A stretch of 64,000 nt of DNA from Syntrophobacterales bacterium. GTDB lineage: Bacteria > Desulfobacterota > BSN033 > WVXP01 > G020346125. The notes under the pieces were generated by a model, which ran no database searches, was not told the DNA's origin, and saw only the letters and a list, made by a program, of their open reading frames with translations. Positions 61,001 through 64,000 of the stretch are shown one piece after another (position 1 is the stretch's first letter; every line of letters begins with the position of its first letter). Position numbers and translations under genes: made by a program. The stretch covers positions 1,810,489 through 1,874,488 of the forward strand of contig CP070774.1 in the NCBI GenBank assembly GCA_020346125.1. Reading direction: 5' to 3'.

Positions 61001-61930
61001 TCACGAGTTCCTTTTCATATTTCTCCAGCTTCTGGGATGAGCCCTATCATAAACATCCATTAGTCCATCTATGCTTACATGGGTATATTTTTGGGTCGTG
61101 GAAAGACTTATATGTCCCAATAATTCCTGTATATCCCTTAAATCTGCCCCCGCATCCAATAGATGGGTCGCAAAGGTATGGCGCAGGGCATGGGGACTAA
61201 TGCTTATTCTGAGGCCACACTTTTTACCATATTTTTCAACAATGCGTCTCACACTCCGATCTGTCAATCTACCGCCTCGAGTATTGATAAATAGAGGGTA
61301 CTCGCGACTATTCTCTGAGGAGAACTCCCGTTTCATGAGATAATCTTTTATTGCCTCGATTGCCTTGGACCCAATGGGAACAATCCTCTCCTTCTTTCCC
61401 TTTCCCAATACCTTTATGATGCCCAGTTCCAAATCTATATCATCACAATTCAATTGAGTCAGCTCCCCCACCCGAATACCACTGGAATAGAGCATTTCCA
61501 GCATAGCTCGGTCCCTGAGGCCTAAGTGGCTTGATTTATCGGGCGCATCTAACAGCCTAAACATCTCATCAATGGTGAGCGTGCTTGGAATATACTTCTC
61601 GGTTTTAGGAGTTGCCACCCCCTTTGCCGGGTTCTTCGAAATGATCCCTTCCCGAACCAAGTATTGAAAAAAGGAACGGATGGTGGCCAACTTTCGGGCG
61701 ATAGAACTCTTCTTCTTTGATCGAAAAAGGGCCCTGAAATAGACTCGGATAATATTACGATCAACTCGTGAAACATCTACCTCCCCTCTCTCCGAAATCG
61801 GATAGGGCCCGGATGCAGAAATGAAACCCTCAAAATGCAAGAGGTCGTTGAGATAACTCCGACATGTGTGCTCCGAAGCTCCCTTCTCCAAAACCAGATA
61901 TTCTATAAATTGGTCGATGTGATTACGCAT
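61001..61930 (-). CDS. xerC: Tyrosine recombinase XerC/XerD family
   Basis: Catalytic blocks SGIRVGEL, HALRHTFATHLL and LGHISLSTTQKYTH. Its position upstream of hslVU favours XerC. Confidence 0.85.
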   Translation of the reverse strand: MRNHIDQFIEYLVLEKGASEHTCRSYLNDLLHFEGFISASGPYPISERGEVDVSRVDRNIIRVYFRALFRSKKKSSIARKLATIRSFFQYLVREGIISKNPAKGVATPKTEKYIPSTLTIDEMFRLLDAPDKSSHLGLRDRAMLEMLYSSGIRVGELTQLNCDDIDLELGIIKVLGKGKKERIVPIGSKAIEAIKDYLMKREFSSENSREYPLFINTRGGRLTDRSVRRIVEKYGKKCGLRISISPHALRHTFATHLLDAGADLRDIQELLGHISLSTTQKYTHVSIDGLMDVYDRAHPRSWRNMKRNS

Positions 61931-62049
61931 TTAATCCATTGAGAATACAATTAAATTAGAATTTATATCACAATGTTGAAAATAATCAACGGTAAAATCC
62001 ATGGTTTTCGGAATGCTCTAGGTTAGGATAAAAATTTATTCAAATGCTA

Positions 62050-62078
62050 TTGACATAAATGAGACATTTTTTTATATT
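62050..62078 (+). promoter_or_regulatory. Candidate sigma70-type promoter of the IclR-family gene
   Basis: TTGACA (62050-62055), a 17-nt spacer, then TATATT (62073-62078), 40 nt upstream of ATG 62118. Confidence 0.45.
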
Positions 62079-62117
62079 AGTTTGCTAAAATTATCACTCT
62101 CAGGAGGATTGGGTAAA

Positions 62118-62900
62118 ATGGCGAAGCGGGAAAAGGATAGCTACGTTATTCAGTCTGTGACCAATGCGTTGAATCTCTTAGAGGAGTTCAAACCAGATAG
62201 GAATGAACTTGGGGTGACCGAACTAAGCAAAAGGCTCAACCTCCATAAGAACAACGTTTTCAGGTTACTGGCAACCCTTGAGGCAAAAGGATACATCGAG
62301 CAAAATAAAGCCACCGAAAATTACCGACTGGGCGTGAAAAGCCTGGAGTTAGGTCAAACCTTTATCAAGCAGCTTGGGTTAGTCCGCCAGGCTAAGCCGT
62401 TCCTGAAGGAAATCGTTAATAAATGTAATGAGATGGCCTACATAGGAGTTATTCGGCAAAACTCCATCGTCTACCTGGATGTGGAAGAGGCGAACCAAAC
62501 GGTGAAGGTGGCTAATCGTGTCGGATGGAGGCTTCCCATCCATTGCACAGCCATCGGCAAGGCCCAGATCGCATTTGCATCTGAAGAGGAATTGGAAAAG
62601 CTGGGTATCCTAGACCATATGGAGAGGTTTACACCCAATACCATCGTTGACAAGGCTGAGTTCATCAAACACGTTAAAGAGGTGGCTAAGCGTGGGTATG
62701 CCCTCGATAATGAAGAATACAATTTGGGAGTGAGGTGTGTCGGTATTCCCCTCAGGGATTATACGGGCCGTGTTGTGGGGGGAATCTCCGTTTCCGGCCC
62801 ATCCTTTCGGATGACCGACGAGATATTGAAGGAAAAAGTTATTCCCGTCGCCAAAGAGGCGGGCGAGAAGGTTTCCAAAAGGCTTGGATTTGGTGCTTAG
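62118..62900 (+). CDS. IclR family transcriptional regulator
   Basis: N-terminal wHTH SVTNALNLLEEF...LGVTELSKRLNLHKNNVFRLLATLEAKGYIEQ and a C-terminal IclR effector domain. The start is at ATG 62118 after CAGGAGGA. Confidence 0.88.
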   Translation: MAKREKDSYVIQSVTNALNLLEEFKPDRNELGVTELSKRLNLHKNNVFRLLATLEAKGYIEQNKATENYRLGVKSLELGQTFIKQLGLVRQAKPFLKEIVNKCNEMAYIGVIRQNSIVYLDVEEANQTVKVANRVGWRLPIHCTAIGKAQIAFASEEELEKLGILDHMERFTPNTIVDKAEFIKHVKEVAKRGYALDNEEYNLGVRCVGIPLRDYTGRVVGGISVSGPSFRMTDEILKEKVIPVAKEAGEKVSKRLGFGA

Positions 62901-63427
62901 AAGGGGAACCTTCTCCTGAAAGGATTCTCATCTTCCCTTCGCCTATAATCCATACTGCACTTTACCTTTTCTTCATAATGATCTTCCAAGAGACACCCGT
63001 GCCCGATTAAATCCACATTTGAAGGTCCCACCTCGGGCTAAAGACTGCAACCCCCTCACAGGGAAAATGAACACGTTCCAATATGCGCTCCCACGAAATT
63101 AGTTCATGGAGTTTCCCCACTTCTCTTTAGGTTTGCCTACCATGAATCCAATTGGGGGATGTTGACGTATTCATCACCTACGACAAGGAGCATCCCATAA
63201 TGAATCTGAGATCTCTGCGGTTTACCATCTCCCATGTGATAAAAATCCTCTTGGGAAATTTCGGAAAACTCCACATACTTTTCCATTGACTTTCAACTGG
63301 GTTTCTTGTATAGAGATTCAAGGAAAGGAGAAATGTAATTGATTTTATGCTCCTAAATAAGCTTAATATTTTCAAAGTGTTATGAATATTGAACAAGGCA
63401 ATCATTTACCATGAGGAGGTGATGAAG

Positions 63428-63640
63428 ATGGCAAATCCAAGGGTCGCCAGGGTTACCGAGATCATAGCAGCATCCCCTAAATCTTTCGACGATGCGGTCC
63501 AGGTCGGTTTCGCTCGAGCGACGAAGACCCTTCGAGGAATTACGGGTTTCCGTATCCTTGAACAGAGGGTGGCCGTTGTTGATGCTAAGATTACTGAATA
63601 TCGGGTAAAAATGGAAGTTATCTTCGTCCTTGAGACCTAG
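63428..63640 (+). CDS. Dodecin family flavin-binding protein
   Basis: MANPRVARVTEIIAASPKSFDDAVQVGFARATKTLRGITGFRILEQRVAVVDAKITEYRVKMEVIFVLE matches the dodecin pattern at about 70 aa. The SD GAGGAGGTGA lies 7 nt upstream. Confidence 0.8.
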   Translation: MANPRVARVTEIIAASPKSFDDAVQVGFARATKTLRGITGFRILEQRVAVVDAKITEYRVKMEVIFVLET

Positions 63641-63811
63641 TACATCAATACGCAAATGAAGCTCCGTATTTAATCCGTGATTGGCTTGCTCAGCATTGAA
63701 TCCCCGGGGCTTCGATTGGGCCTTTCGGCCTGATCTTACGTTCGCAGACTTAAGCCGAAGCCAACAAACTTGTGAAATGAAGGGGATGGTAACCTTCAGA
63801 TGGAGGGAAAT

Positions 63812-63850
63812 GGAGCTAGAGTATTATACTCCAGCTCCAATTTTTCTTTA
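63812..63850 (+). terminator. Rho-independent terminator (plus strand)
   Basis: GGAGCTAGAGTA-tta-TACTCCAGCTCC forms 12 pairs with one mismatch, followed by AATTTTTCTTT. Confidence 0.6.
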
Positions 63851-63880
63851 TTGGGGAGGGCAGTTTCCTATGGCTTACCG

Positions 63881-64000
63881 TCATCGATTCCGATTAATTG
63901 CCTCCTTCAATTCCTCAGGTGTTACCGTCGCCGTTCCCACCTTCCCCACGACAATTCCAGCCGCATAGTTAGCTATTACAGCAGCTTCTCCATAACTTGC
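63881..64000 (-). CDS. C-terminal end of a PfkB-type sugar kinase, D-glycero-beta-D-manno-heptose-7-phosphate kinase (RfaE domain I)-like; the 5' part lies outside the window
   Basis: My own minus-strand translation reads ...[39 protein letters not shown] then a stop. It closely resembles the ANAAAGVVVGKLGTSTVSP..EL end of HldE domain I. Confidence 0.7.
   Translation of the reverse strand, partial: ASYGEAAVIANYAAGIVVGKVGTATVTPEELKEAINRNR

Noticed and set aside
62901-63427. Possible FMN riboswitch upstream of the flavin-binding dodecin gene
   Set aside because: The only FMN-element-like strings (CGAAATTTCCC and ATGGGAGATGG) are on the opposite strand. They are about 25 nt apart instead of about 80, and the other conserved helices were not found. 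The short ORFs here (63137..63285, 63178..63405) lack an SD and motifs.

Overview
This is a 64-kb stretch of a bacterial chromosome with moderate GC. The organism looks diderm, because LptE, a SurA-like chaperone, MurJ and a heptose-7-phosphate kinase are present. The window is gene-dense and dominated by conserved housekeeping operons: rpsL-rpsG-fusA-tuf-rpsJ-rplC, rpsU plus an RRM protein, hemE-hemH-hemY, dprA-topA, rel, rpmB, purM, queA-tgt-yajC, rpsF-(ssb-like)-rpsR-rplI-dnaB, pgsA, eno, murJ/rpsT, leuS-lptE-holA, argB-argD-argF-argG and xerC-hslV-hslU. I found no rRNA, tRNA, CRISPR array, prophage, intact IS element or recognisable defence genes. The phylum cannot be fixed by eye; the features would fit Nitrospirota- or Desulfobacterota-like lineages, but that is inference only. 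Six things stand out. (1) The operon at 24994-26808 encodes a MinD/ParA-type ATPase, a J-like (HPD-less) plus RodZ-type HTH protein, and an unlisted 52-codon ORF whose N-terminus resembles the MinD-contact helix of MinE. This is my best candidate for an undescribed positioning module. (2) A 4-hydroxybutyryl-CoA dehydratase / Cys-rich protein / thiolase / DUF35 cluster is followed by the only decaying patch of the window: a CoA-transferase fragment, a RAYT-like transposase relic and an orphan second MinD-like ATPase. (3) A TtcA-family gene is broken by two frameshifts and carries an in-frame 21-bp tandem duplication. (4) Two intergenic elements are built from inverted AT-rich arms with 8-bp periodicity around GC-rich cores. 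(5) A tail-less SSB/PriB-like gene sits inside the rpsF-rpsR operon. (6) L3 and the dehydratase carry unusual charged C-terminal tails. All functional calls come from reading translations by eye. No database search, RNA folding or covariance model could be run.
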